Shown: positions 1-8,418, numbered from the stretch's first letter. The stretch is DNA of 32,000 bases from an uncultured Chloroflexia bacterium (GCA_963718915.1 CAVRAI010000007.1:120001-152000), one strand, 5' to 3'. Notes: generated from the letters alone by a model not told the origin. A program made the numbers and translations.

Positions 1-693
1 AACCAATTTGGCGTAGCGATCGCCGGGCAGGCCAGCGCGAATCGCGTCGAGATTCTGCTGATACTCGATCTGCCCCATCGCGGAGTTCATCCCGGCGTTC
101 TGCAGCGTGCGCAGAATCATCTGGAAGTCCTGGAGCTTCTGGTAGGCTGGCCAGAGCGCGTGCAGCGCCGCCGTCTGCTGCTGCGCGGTCGTGTCTACTC
201 TGGCATAGTCGCCCACCGTCTTCGCGACGTTAAAGTCCTGCACCGCCTGGTCGAGCCGCGCCTGATAGATATCGATCTCGCTAAAGCCCTCGCCGCGTAG
301 TTGCGTGACCGCCTTCGCGAAGGCCTGGATGTCGTCGTTGGCCTGTGTCTGCAGGGTCTGCTGGGCGTTCTGCTCCATACCGACCAGTTGATTGTAGAGC
401 AGTGTGTAGTTCGCCGCGGCATCCTGGTAGTTATAGTTGAAGCCGCCCTCACCGGACGAAATCTTGGTTTCTTGCGAGACGATGGGTTGCAGCATGGAAT
501 CTGGCAGGCCAAGGGTCGTGCGCGCGTGCCGCAACTCGCCATCGAGGCGCGCCTTGTTCTGCTGCGCCGCCTCCTGGCTAGGGTCGCTGCCACAGGCCGC
601 CAGCGTCATGCAGACCACAACAACAATCAGCAGCGCCATGACCCAGCGGGGTGTTCGGCGGGGCAGTGTATTCACAGACAGGCGTCCAAACAT
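1..693 (-). CDS. Putative secreted lipoprotein, function unknown (C-terminal end runs off left window edge)
   Basis: Own minus-strand translation; absent from the ORF track because there is no stop in the window. ATG at 693-691 with GGAGG about 11 nt upstream. Reads MFGRLSVNTLPRRTPRWVMALLIVVVVCMTLAACGSDPSQEAAQQNKARLDGEL..., giving a charged n-region, hydrophobic core and LAAC lipobox. The frame stays open to position 1. Alternative in-frame starts are GTG 675 and ATG 639. Confidence 0.6.
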   Translation of the reverse strand, partial: MFGRLSVNTLPRRTPRWVMALLIVVVVCMTLAACGSDPSQEAAQQNKARLDGELRHARTTLGLPDSMLQPIVSQETKISSGEGGFNYNYQDAAANYTLLYNQLVGMEQNAQQTLQTQANDDIQAFAKAVTQLRGEGFSEIDIYQARLDQAVQDFNVAKTVGDYARVDTTAQQQTAALHALWPAYQKLQDFQMILRTLQNAGMNSAMGQIEYQQNLDAIRAGLPGDRYAKLV

Positions 694-1218
694 GCTTGAC
701 CGAACCTCCTCGCGCCACACCGCGGAGTCACAACGAAGCGCGCATCATGCACCGGCATTGGCGCGACGGAGACTCTCCTCATCCGCTTAACCGAATAAAC
801 GTACAGAGTAGCCCTGGGGAACATCAATCGCTCGTGAGTACTGTGGAATCGCGCCTTCAAGAGTCGCGCGTGAGCGTGCGCTCAGGAAACAGGAAGCCGC
901 CCAGTTCACTCCTGAACATAAGAGTAACCTGGCGGCAACTTCCGTTTCCATAGTATGAGACGAAGCGGCTATCTGCTTCTGTGCTGGGGGCGGCCGAAAA
1001 GGGATACGAAGGGATGTAATGGAACGTCACGGCGCTGAAGGCGGGCGGTTAAAACCGCGCCTGAATGGCCTGCGGCCACGAAGTCCGCCTGCGCGGACTC
1101 GCCAGACAGCGTCTCGTGGATCGCACCCAGCCACGGGCGACTGTTTGAACCTGCGCAGGCAGGTTTCGCGGCGGAGCGGAGCGAGGCCATATAGGCGCGA
1201 CTTCAGTCGCCAGCCGTC

Positions 1219-2637
1219 CTACCGGCCGAACGGGCTACCTCCGCCTAGCCCACCCAGTCCGCCCAGACCACCACCAAGGCTGCCTAATCGCCCTCTGCGG
1301 CCTTTTCTGCCAGGCTGCTGCATCCCCATCACCTGCTTCATCATCGTCTGCGCCTGTTTGAATGAGGCGAGCAACTGGTTGATCTCCTGCGGGGTCGTGC
1401 CGCTACCCTTCGCGATGCGCCGCTTGCGGCTGCCGTTGAGGATTTCGGGGTTGTGGCGCTCCTCCATCGTCATCGAGAGGATGATCGCCTCGGTCTGCTT
1501 CATCTGGTCGCCTTCCAGCGCGGCCTTGACCTGCGGATCGCTGAGCGCTTTGCCCATGCCGGGGATCATTTCGAGCAACTGCGCCATCGGCCCCATCTTG
1601 CGCATACTGCGCATCTGCTGCAGGAAGTCTTCGAGGTCGAACCGGCCTGTGCCCATCTTGCGGGCCATCTTCTCGGCCTGCTTCTCGTCGATCTGCTCGC
1701 GGGCGCGCTCGATCAGCGACATCACATCGCCCATGCCCAGAATGCGCTGTGCCAGCCGGTCGGGGTAGAACTGCTCCAGCGCGTCGAGCTTCTCGCCTGT
1801 GCCCATGAACTTGATCGGCACGCCGGTCACCTGGCGCACAGAAAGCGCCGCGCCACCACGGGCGTCGCCATCCATCTTGGTCAGGATGAGGCCGGTCAGC
1901 CCGACGGTCTTGTTGAACTCGTCGGCCACGCGCACGGCGTCCTGTCCGGTCATCGCATCCACCACCAGCAGCACTTCCTGCGGCTGGGTGCGTTGGCGGA
2001 TGATGGCGACCTCGTGCATCAGGTCTTCGTCGATGTGCAGGCGGCCCGCCGTATCGAGAATGAGGATGGTCAGCGCCTGCTCGCGCGCCCATTTGAGGCT
2101 GCGCTGGGTGATGTCGACCGGCTTGTTGCCCGCTGGCTCGGCGTAGACGGGGATATCGAGTTGCCGCCCGATCTGCTGCAACTGCTGCACGGCGGCGGGC
2201 CGTTGCATGTCGGCGGCGACCATTCCCGGCTTCTGGCCGTTCTTGCGGAACCAGTTGGCCAGCTTGCCCGCGTGGGTCGTCTTGCCGGAGCCTTGCAGAC
2301 CGACGAGCATGATGATGGTGGGCGGCGCTCCAGCGAACTGGATCTTGCCGCTGCCCTCATCCTCGCCGCCGAGCATCGTGACCAGCTCTTCGTGGACGAT
2401 GCCGAAGATTTGCTGCGCCGCCGTGACGCCGCTGAGCACCTCCGTGCCGACGGTCACCATGGCGCGCTCCTGCACGCGCGCGACGAACTGCTTGACCAGC
2501 TTAAAGTTGACATCGGCTTCGAGCAGCGCCTGGCGCACCTCGCGCATGGCCTCGGTTACGTCCTGCTCGGTGATCCGGCTCTTGCCGCGCAGGCGCTCGA
2601 AGACGCCTTCGAGCCGCTGAGAGAGACTTTCAAACAT
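1219..2637 (-). CDS. ffh: Signal recognition particle protein Ffh (SRP54 GTPase)
   Basis: 472-aa ORF with an N domain and SRP54-type GTPase motifs (GLQGSGKTT, DTAGR, TKMDGDARGG). It has a Met-rich M domain (MMKQVMGMQQ) and a Gly-rich tail. GGGAGG lies upstream of ATG 2637. Confidence 0.97.
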   Translation of the reverse strand: MFESLSQRLEGVFERLRGKSRITEQDVTEAMREVRQALLEADVNFKLVKQFVARVQERAMVTVGTEVLSGVTAAQQIFGIVHEELVTMLGGEDEGSGKIQFAGAPPTIIMLVGLQGSGKTTHAGKLANWFRKNGQKPGMVAADMQRPAAVQQLQQIGRQLDIPVYAEPAGNKPVDITQRSLKWAREQALTILILDTAGRLHIDEDLMHEVAIIRQRTQPQEVLLVVDAMTGQDAVRVADEFNKTVGLTGLILTKMDGDARGGAALSVRQVTGVPIKFMGTGEKLDALEQFYPDRLAQRILGMGDVMSLIERAREQIDEKQAEKMARKMGTGRFDLEDFLQQMRSMRKMGPMAQLLEMIPGMGKALSDPQVKAALEGDQMKQTEAIILSMTMEERHNPEILNGSRKRRIAKGSGTTPQEINQLLASFKQAQTMMKQVMGMQQPGRKGRRGRLGSLGGGLGGLGGLGGGSPFGR

Positions 2638-2775
2638 CTAGGTGTAAACCTCCCATTTCTGGAGGGAAATAGTGCATACGTCGGCCCCGAAAGCATCAGG
2701 GCGGTATCTCTAAACATACCAGGACAGTATATCATGCGGAACCAGCAGGGCTATCCTACCGTCTCTATGATCGGA

Positions 2776-2784
2776 TGCTATACT
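2776..2784 (+). promoter_or_regulatory. Candidate extended -10 promoter element (TGcTATACT) for the 2823 lipoprotein gene
   Basis: TG at 2776-2777 and TATACT at 2779-2784, about 40 nt upstream of ATG 2823. I found no convincing -35. Sequence match only. Confidence 0.3.
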
Positions 2785-2822
2785 GTTGTCGGGATGTGCC
2801 GCAGAGTAAGGAGTCGCCGCGT

Positions 2823-3695
2823 ATGAACGGCTTACGACCTGGACGAAGGATATCTCCGCGACTGGCTAGCGTCGCGCTGTTAGTGACGGCGCTGGCGCTG
2901 CTTGCGGGCTGTTCCGTGCCGCTGCCCTGGGTACCCGCCTATAGCTCGTCCTCATCGAGTATTTACAGCCACCCGGCGCCTTTACCCTTTATCTGGCAGC
3001 GTGTGACGCCTCCACCTGCAACCCCACAACAGGCATACGCAGCGGGCATGAGCGTGTTGAATATCTGTGGCAATCAGCCGCCTGCCAACGCTAAGACGAC
3101 GACACTGACCTGGCTGGTTGCTGGGCCGACGTATGGCGTCGTATTGGCGCGCGCCACCTGCACACAGGATGGGGGTAACGTCCATGAAGGCATCGCACTG
3201 CTGCCACTGGCGCTGGATAAGAGTGTGCAGACGGGCTGCCCCGCCTGGGACATCGAGGGCGGTCTGTTCGGAGCACGGCTTCCTGCCGATGCGAACCTCG
3301 GCCAGATGGCGTATCAGATTCCGTCCTGGCTGCCGCTGCCAACTGACACCTACGAGCCGGAGCAGATGGGTGGCGGAATAATGCCATCAGCGCTGCTCTC
3401 GCTGGACTCCAGCACGCGACTCTTCATTACTGGTCGCTTTGAGGGGGATGCGACCCGGCCCGACGGCGCGGAAACCGTCAGCATCGGCGGGCGCACCGGC
3501 TGGCAGGCGACCGACCACGGTATCGTCACGGTCACGGTCCCGCTGGCTGACGGCTGGACATTCTACTTCTCTGGCACGGCAGACGCCGCAACGATGCGAA
3601 GCCTCGCCAGCGCCTCGCTCTCGCACCTGGATACGCTGCTGCCAAAGCCATTGTCCACGCCAGCGGACTACCCGCAGCCCACGCCCGCCTGTTAA
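2823..3695 (+). CDS. Putative lipoprotein, function unknown
   Basis: AAGGAG lies 8 nt upstream of ATG 2823; the track ORF 2775.. is in the same frame. N-terminus MNGLRPGRRISPRLASVALLVTALALLAGCSV has a signal peptide and LAGC lipobox. I recognised no domain. Confidence 0.7.
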   Translation: MNGLRPGRRISPRLASVALLVTALALLAGCSVPLPWVPAYSSSSSSIYSHPAPLPFIWQRVTPPPATPQQAYAAGMSVLNICGNQPPANAKTTTLTWLVAGPTYGVVLARATCTQDGGNVHEGIALLPLALDKSVQTGCPAWDIEGGLFGARLPADANLGQMAYQIPSWLPLPTDTYEPEQMGGGIMPSALLSLDSSTRLFITGRFEGDATRPDGAETVSIGGRTGWQATDHGIVTVTVPLADGWTFYFSGTADAATMRSLASASLSHLDTLLPKPLSTPADYPQPTPAC

Positions 3696-3723
3696 GCCGT
3701 GATGCGCGCCAACACTACCATCA

Positions 3724-4635
3724 TCACTGGTGTACTGCTCGAACGAGGTCGCGAAACCAGGGGTGAATCATAGCTCGTTCGCCGCTCAATTGGTGAGCAA
3801 AGGTCTGCCGCTGTGTTTTGTCCTGTCCCCAGTCGAAGCACTGAACGGCAAGGCGAAGCGCGAGCAGATGCTTCTCATCGTGGTTGGGTTGCGCTGAGGC
3901 GCTGCTCCCCCACCGCGAATGGGTATAGGATTCGGTGGTTTTTTCCTGCCAGTTGCCGAAGTAATCCCACAAGCCTTCCGGGATCGCAACACTCTTGATG
4001 GACTGCTGCGGCAGCAAGTCACGCCACGTTATGTGTTGCTGCCAGCGCCAGGCTTTGGGGCTGGTTTTGGCGCGACTCGTGACACTGATGATGCGAATTT
4101 TTCGCCGCACTGCACCCCAATCCTCGCCGATTTCGTTTGCCCACTCGCACAAGAATGTGACGAGGTTACCGAATGTATCGCCAGTGGCTACGATGTCAAC
4201 AAAGGCCACCGGACGCTTTCTCCGCGCTATATGGTAGGGATCAAGCGCGATATGCTCGAAGTAATAACGCAGCCCCGCCAGTTCGCCCGGTTGAATTGTC
4301 GGCTTCCCATACCAGGAAAATTGCAGCAGCCAGAGTCGTTCTACCCAGTCGGTATCGCTCAGAAGCCCGCTCAGATAGTCAAACAGACTTTCCAGCGAGC
4401 GCCCAACAAAGCAGAGATCGGCGTTGTTGCTGAGCGCGATGATCCGCGCGCAGTCACCACTCATCTCGGCGAGCGCGTCCGTGGGGTAATGGGATGACTC
4501 ACCGAGCGGCAGATATGGCGGTGGGCCACTCTCTGGGATATCTTTGCGCGGCCCATCGAGCAGCGAACCCAGGGTGGCGCGCTGCTGGATATTCCAGCGG
4601 AATGGTAGCTCAAACTCATGCGTATCCATACTCAA
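3724..4635 (-). CDS. Hypothetical protein with type-I phosphoribosyltransferase-like PRPP-loop motif
   Basis: 303-aa ORF starting at TTG 4635 or ATG 4629. VAFVDIVATGDTFGN resembles the PRTase PRPP-binding loop (hydrophobic strand, acidic residue, then TGxT). An earlier strand-helix, LCFVGRSLESLFDYL, sits about 68 aa upstream. By eye it looks lower in GC than its neighbours. It starts 19 nt downstream of the tmk stop on the same strand. The family assignment is an inference. Confidence 0.6.
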   Translation of the reverse strand: MSMDTHEFELPFRWNIQQRATLGSLLDGPRKDIPESGPPPYLPLGESSHYPTDALAEMSGDCARIIALSNNADLCFVGRSLESLFDYLSGLLSDTDWVERLWLLQFSWYGKPTIQPGELAGLRYYFEHIALDPYHIARRKRPVAFVDIVATGDTFGNLVTFLCEWANEIGEDWGAVRRKIRIISVTSRAKTSPKAWRWQQHITWRDLLPQQSIKSVAIPEGLWDYFGNWQEKTTESYTHSRWGSSASAQPNHDEKHLLALRLAVQCFDWGQDKTQRQTFAHQLSGERAMIHPWFRDLVRAVHQ

Positions 4636-4646
4636 GTATACGCATG
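4617..4646 (-). promoter_or_regulatory. Perfect 9-bp inverted repeat (CATGCGTAT / ATACGCATG) bracketing the start codon of the 303-aa ORF
   Basis: Arms at 4617-4625 and 4638-4646 with a 12-nt loop. The loop contains both candidate start codons (TTG 4635, ATG 4629). It lies in the 19-nt tmk/orf303 junction and is AT-rich compared with its surroundings. Confidence 0.35.
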
Positions 4647-4654
4647 TGCACGCT

Positions 4655-5323
4655 TTAGAGTCGCGCCTTCACGGTCTCCCAGATGAGGTCGGCCAGCGCG
4701 TCGGGTGGCTGGTCGGCATCCAGCACGAGGATGCGCTGCGGCTCGGCGGCGGCAAGCTCCAGGTAGCCCGCGCGCACCCGCTGGTGAAACGCCAGACTCT
4801 CGGCGTCGAGACGGTTCCACTCGCCGCCATCCGCCGACGCCTGCACCTTGCGCGCCTGTCCCGCCTCGGCTGGCATATCCAGCAGCAGCGTCAGGTCGGG
4901 GCGAAGACCGCCTGTCGCCATATCTTCGAGCGTGAGAATCGCCGTCATGTCGAAACCGCGCGCCGACCCCTGATAGACGCGGGTGGCGTCGGCATAGCGG
5001 TCGCAGACGACGATCTCGCCTGACGCCAGATGCGCGCGGATTGCGGGGACGTGCTGGGCGCGCGCGGCGGAGAGCAGCAGCGCCTCGGTCAGCGGCAGCA
5101 TCTCTTCAGCAGGTTCGTCGCCCGGCGCCCACCCTGCCTGTGAGAGCGCTATCCGGCTCGCTTCGGGGTGCAGCAGCAGCGCGCGAATCGCTCCGGCAAG
5201 CGGCGTACCGCCCGGCTCGCGCGTCAGCCAGGCCGCGCGGCCACTCTCGCGCAGGCGCTCGGCCAGTCGCTTCGCCTGGGTGGATTTGCCCGCGCCCTCG
5301 ATGCCTTCCAATGTGAGAAACAT
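4655..5323 (-). CDS. tmk: Thymidylate kinase (dTMP kinase)
   Basis: 222 aa. Carries the MFLTLEGIEGAGKSTQ P-loop and the LTREPGGTPLAG motif. Its start is 4 nt after the thyX stop. Confidence 0.92.
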   Translation of the reverse strand: MFLTLEGIEGAGKSTQAKRLAERLRESGRAAWLTREPGGTPLAGAIRALLLHPEASRIALSQAGWAPGDEPAEEMLPLTEALLLSAARAQHVPAIRAHLASGEIVVCDRYADATRVYQGSARGFDMTAILTLEDMATGGLRPDLTLLLDMPAEAGQARKVQASADGGEWNRLDAESLAFHQRVRAGYLELAAAEPQRILVLDADQPPDALADLIWETVKARL

Positions 5324-5327
5324 CTGC

Positions 5328-6113
5328 TCAAACCTTCTGGTGGCCTGCCTTCACACCCTCGCTGCCATCCGCCAACTGGACGATCTCGAAGTCGCCGAAG
5401 AGGACGGGCGCCTCCTGCTGCATCACGCGGCAGAGCTTGACAGCGAACTTGCGGATCTCCGGCTCGGCGCCCTCTCCGCCGCGCAGGGTGACGATCCAGC
5501 GGAGCGCGCGCGCGTTGGCGGAGAAGAGCATCTTCGTCTCGGTGGCGTTCGGCAGGACGCTCCGCGCCGCCTCTTTCGCCATCTTCAGCCGCTGCGTCCG
5601 CGGCAGGTCGCCATGCTGCTCCTGCACCTTCCGCGCCAGCGCCGCCACAAGCTCTTTATACGCCTCATGCGACGCCTCGACCGACCGTTGCCAGATGGCG
5701 TGTAGTTCGGGGTCGCCCGCGATGATGCCTGGCTCGACGAAATCGGCGGTGGATTCGTCCACATAGCGCTGCGAAAGCTGGGAAATTCCTGTGCCGGCGC
5801 GATGTCGCACCAGCTCGTGGGTCAGGCTGCGCGAGACGCCTGTGAGCAGCAAGTCCCAGACGGCGTGCTCCAGCACCGAGCCATGACCCTGGTTGATGAG
5901 ATTGCCGACGTAGGCGTCATTTGTCTTGCGGAACTGCTTATCGCCGAAGGAAAAATAACAGACCCGACCCGCCAGCTCCACGATCAGCTCGGAGCTGTTC
6001 TCGGAGTCGGTCTCCCAGTAGGTCTCGTGATCGTTCAGGAAGCGCTGCACCTCGTCGTTGTTCAGCGTCTGACGTCCCACGACATAAATCTCTGGCTCGG
6101 TCACGATGCGCAT
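5328..6113 (-). CDS. thyX: FAD-dependent thymidylate synthase ThyX
   Basis: Carries the ThyX signature RHRAGTGISQLSQRY (RHRxxSxxxxSxRY). I chose the start at ATG 6113 (MRIVTEPEIYVV) because TAGGAG lies 8 nt upstream. The track ORF extends to 6203 in the same frame. Confidence 0.9.
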   Translation of the reverse strand: MRIVTEPEIYVVGRQTLNNDEVQRFLNDHETYWETDSENSSELIVELAGRVCYFSFGDKQFRKTNDAYVGNLINQGHGSVLEHAVWDLLLTGVSRSLTHELVRHRAGTGISQLSQRYVDESTADFVEPGIIAGDPELHAIWQRSVEASHEAYKELVAALARKVQEQHGDLPRTQRLKMAKEAARSVLPNATETKMLFSANARALRWIVTLRGGEGAEPEIRKFAVKLCRVMQQEAPVLFGDFEIVQLADGSEGVKAGHQKV

Positions 6114-6133
6114 CGGTACGGCTCCTATTCCCG

Positions 6134-6163
6134 TAGACAGGTGTGTCAGACGCCTGATAGTAT
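6134..6163 (+). promoter_or_regulatory. Candidate sigma70-type promoter (TAGACA-N18-TAGTAT) for the 6213 membrane-protein gene
   Basis: TAGACA at 6134-6139 and TAGTAT at 6158-6163, in the divergent thyX/membrane-protein intergenic region. Sequence match only. Confidence 0.25.
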
Positions 6164-6212
6164 ATGGCCCTCGACGGTTCGCTATTTCGGCTACCCAGGA
6201 CACTATGATACC

Positions 6213-6887
6213 ATGCGCCCGTCGCTTCGGGGCAACGTTATTGAGGCATGGCGCGCCAGGACGGCGTTATATGAAATGAGGAAACAAGCTGTGCTATCGC
6301 AATGGTTGCAGTTTCAGTTACAGTGGGTCATCCTGCCAATCCTGGCGATTCCGCTGGCCATTCTGCTTGGCGCGCGCCGAACCCATGGCGCGATTATCGT
6401 GAGTAGCGTTGTCGCGCTGCTAGCCGTCGCCTACGCCTGGTATCGGAGCGTCACCGATGTGCTTGGATACGGCATGAGCGTTAGCGGCCTGGGAACCACG
6501 GATGGCATCGTGGCGCGGGTCGGAGGCGTTCTGCTGCTGGCCGCATGGACGCTGGCGCTGGCGCATGCCGTGCAATCGAAGCGCTGGGTCTGGTTCGCGC
6601 TGATTGTGGTCGCGGGCTTCCTGTCGTACTCCATCAATATTCTGGTGGAACTGAATGTGCAGCCTTGCGCATACATACCATCGGACAATGTAGGCATTCC
6701 CGTCTGCCAGCCTATCAATCAGTGGATCTACCTGCTAATTGCGCTGGGGGAGGCGCTCGGTCCGGTCGCAGCGCTGCTCTACGTCGCTCTTGCTGGGCGC
6801 GGACACCGCCGCCAGCGCCAGCTGCCAGAGGGATTGATGGTCTCATCGCTCCGTGAAGGGACGCGGCAGGGAGAGGAGGTGGACTGA
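6213..6887 (+). CDS. Polytopic membrane protein, function unknown
   Basis: In frame with track ORF 5802..6887. The part upstream of 6213 is antisense to thyX and was discarded. There are about 5 hydrophobic helices (WVILPILAIPLAILLG, IIVSSVVALLAVAYAW, and others). The start is uncertain: ATG 6213 or ATG 6276. Confidence 0.6.
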   Translation: MRPSLRGNVIEAWRARTALYEMRKQAVLSQWLQFQLQWVILPILAIPLAILLGARRTHGAIIVSSVVALLAVAYAWYRSVTDVLGYGMSVSGLGTTDGIVARVGGVLLLAAWTLALAHAVQSKRWVWFALIVVAGFLSYSINILVELNVQPCAYIPSDNVGIPVCQPINQWIYLLIALGEALGPVAALLYVALAGRGHRRQRQLPEGLMVSSLREGTRQGEEVD

Positions 6888-6935
6888 CCTCTCCCCAGTC
6901 CTTGTCCCACAGGGTACCCGAAGACTGAGAGAACG

Positions 6936-7442
6936 CTACTGCTCGTCGGCGGGCAGTTCGGTGCGCTGGCGCAGATCGAGGCTGGTGTCGGGATCGAGAT
7001 TGGCCATGTGGGCGATTTCCTCTTTGGTGGCATGACCAAGCTCGGTATCCATCTCAGCCACCATCGAGGTCGTATCGGTTTCCACTGGCACGAGCTTCTC
7101 GACCACCTCCTCGCGCACGACCTGCCCATCGACCACAATCTGCCGCTTCATGCGGATGCGCTTCATCAGCGGGCCAGAGGTCGGAGACGCCTCTACTGGC
7201 GCTTCCGACGGGATGTCTGGTGTTAGGGATGGCTCGGCGGCCTGGGACGCGAAGTATCCAGCGCCCGCGGCCGCGACACCCGCGTCTGTCACCGGGACGA
7301 TAGGCGGCACATACGTCTCATCCGGCAGGTTCACATAGACTGGCTGCGTTGGGTTGGCCTCCACATCGGCCACCAGCCCGGCGTGCGGCGCGTGTGGATG
7401 AGCATCAGTGGCGTCGCGGGCGGTGGTGGAAGCGTCTACCAC
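6936..7442 (-). CDS. Acidic Pro/Thr/Glu-rich hypothetical protein; possibly the detached C-terminal part of the upstream TM2-domain gene
   Basis: 168-aa ORF with a GTG start, no visible RBS, and 13 nt after the upstream stop. It shares the motif set ADVE...YVxLPD(D/E) and TYVPP with the C-terminus of the upstream ORF. Confidence 0.45.
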   Translation of the reverse strand: MVDASTTARDATDAHPHAPHAGLVADVEANPTQPVYVNLPDETYVPPIVPVTDAGVAAAGAGYFASQAAEPSLTPDIPSEAPVEASPTSGPLMKRIRMKRQIVVDGQVVREEVVEKLVPVETDTTSMVAEMDTELGHATKEEIAHMANLDPDTSLDLRQRTELPADEQ

Positions 7443-7455
7443 CAGCGGCGCACTG

Positions 7456-8418
7456 TCAGCCAGCCTCCGCCGCTGGTTGATCGTCAGGCAGCGTCACATA
7501 TTGCGGGGCAGCGCCCGGCCCCTCCACATCGGCTATTGCCTCCGCCGGAGGGACATAGGTATGATGATCGGTCACATCCATGGCATTGGCGGCCAGATTC
7601 AGCGGGGGATGGTCGGGCCACGTAGCCGCCTCGGCTTCGCGGGCGGTTGGGATCGCCATCGGCTGCGTCGCATCAGGCGCGCGGTCATATTCGTAACTGT
7701 CGGAAACGGTGTTTGCCGTCTCGGTATGCGTATGGGTGACGTACTCTGGCGCTGGCAGATCGAGCGTATCGTCGGCGGAAGGGTCTGCCGCGCCGGAAAC
7801 CGTCGTCTCGTTCCAGGTCTTGGCCGCGCCCGGTGATGTTGCGTTCGGGTCGTCGCTGATGAACTTCGTGGTAGAAGAATCGAACTCTTCCATGATCGCG
7901 CTGTTATGCTCGTCTGCCATCGCCCGTGCCGCCGAGACGTCGTCCGCGGTGATCCCGCCCGCAACGGCGGCTCCAGCCGTGCCGGTCATCGCGGCATCGA
8001 GTCTGGCCACCGCGTCGGTCAGTGTCGAGCTGTCGGCCAGCGCGCCCGCGCCAATCAGGCTTTCGGCCAGCGTCAGGTTGTGGCGCCGCACTTTGTTATC
8101 TACCTGGAAGAGTTCGACGATCTCCCAGATGAGGCCCACCACCAGCAGCGCGACGACCAGCACGGTGACCGGGAGCGAGGGCAGATCGCCCAGCACGCCC
8201 GCGACCACCGCAATCGCCGCCACCACGGGAATGATCAGATGGGCAATGCCACGCGCCCACTCTCCGAGATACATATTATGTACGCCAAAGATCCCCAGGA
8301 AAAAGCAGGAGAGGAACGCTGTTGTCTCGTTCTTTGCGCTACGGCGATACTGGTGGTCGAGTTGTTTGCGCTGATCTGCTGGTAGATTCGCAGACATGCG
8401 CTCAAAATCCACTGACAT
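7456..8418 (-). CDS. TM2 domain-containing membrane protein with long acidic low-complexity tail
   Basis: AFLSCFFLGIFGVHNMYLGEWARGIAHL followed by a second helix is typical of the TM2 domain. The tail is rich in Ala, Asp, Thr and Pro. Confidence 0.75.
   Translation of the reverse strand: MSVDFERMSANLPADQRKQLDHQYRRSAKNETTAFLSCFFLGIFGVHNMYLGEWARGIAHLIIPVVAAIAVVAGVLGDLPSLPVTVLVVALLVVGLIWEIVELFQVDNKVRRHNLTLAESLIGAGALADSSTLTDAVARLDAAMTGTAGAAVAGGITADDVSAARAMADEHNSAIMEEFDSSTTKFISDDPNATSPGAAKTWNETTVSGAADPSADDTLDLPAPEYVTHTHTETANTVSDSYEYDRAPDATQPMAIPTAREAEAATWPDHPPLNLAANAMDVTDHHTYVPPAEAIADVEGPGAAPQYVTLPDDQPAAEAG

Noticed and set aside
984-1016. GGGGGCGGCCGAAAAGGGATACGAAGGGAT resembles the 5' end of tmRNA (GGGGCTGATTCTGGATTCGACGGGAT in E. 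coli).
   Set aside because: There is no tRNA-like 3' end (no GGTTCGA T-arm and no ...CCACCA complement of the 5' acceptor). I found no tag-peptide reading frame. Only about 230 nt remain before ffh, which is too short for a tmRNA.
1453-2826. Long antisense ORFs opposite real genes: 1453..2826(+), 1019..1768(+), 11870..12832(-), 13877..14740(-), 16001..16924(-), 18362..19054(-), 18919..19731(-), 22015..22842(+), 23984..24631(-), 29675..30238(-).
   Set aside because: These are typical shadow ORFs of GC-rich DNA. They show Arg/Ala/Gly/Pro/His-rich junk composition and no motifs. Each lies opposite a gene with strong motif support.
6114-6203. Upstream extension of thyX (MSWVAEIANRRGPYTIRRLTHLSTGIGAVP).
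   Set aside because: TAGGAG lies 8 nt before ATG 6113. The extension covers the divergent promoter region, and ThyX homology begins at MRIVTEPEIY.
5802-6212. N-terminal 137 codons of track ORF 5802..6887.
   Set aside because: This part is antisense to thyX and has junk composition. The hydrophobic membrane protein only starts after ATG 6213.
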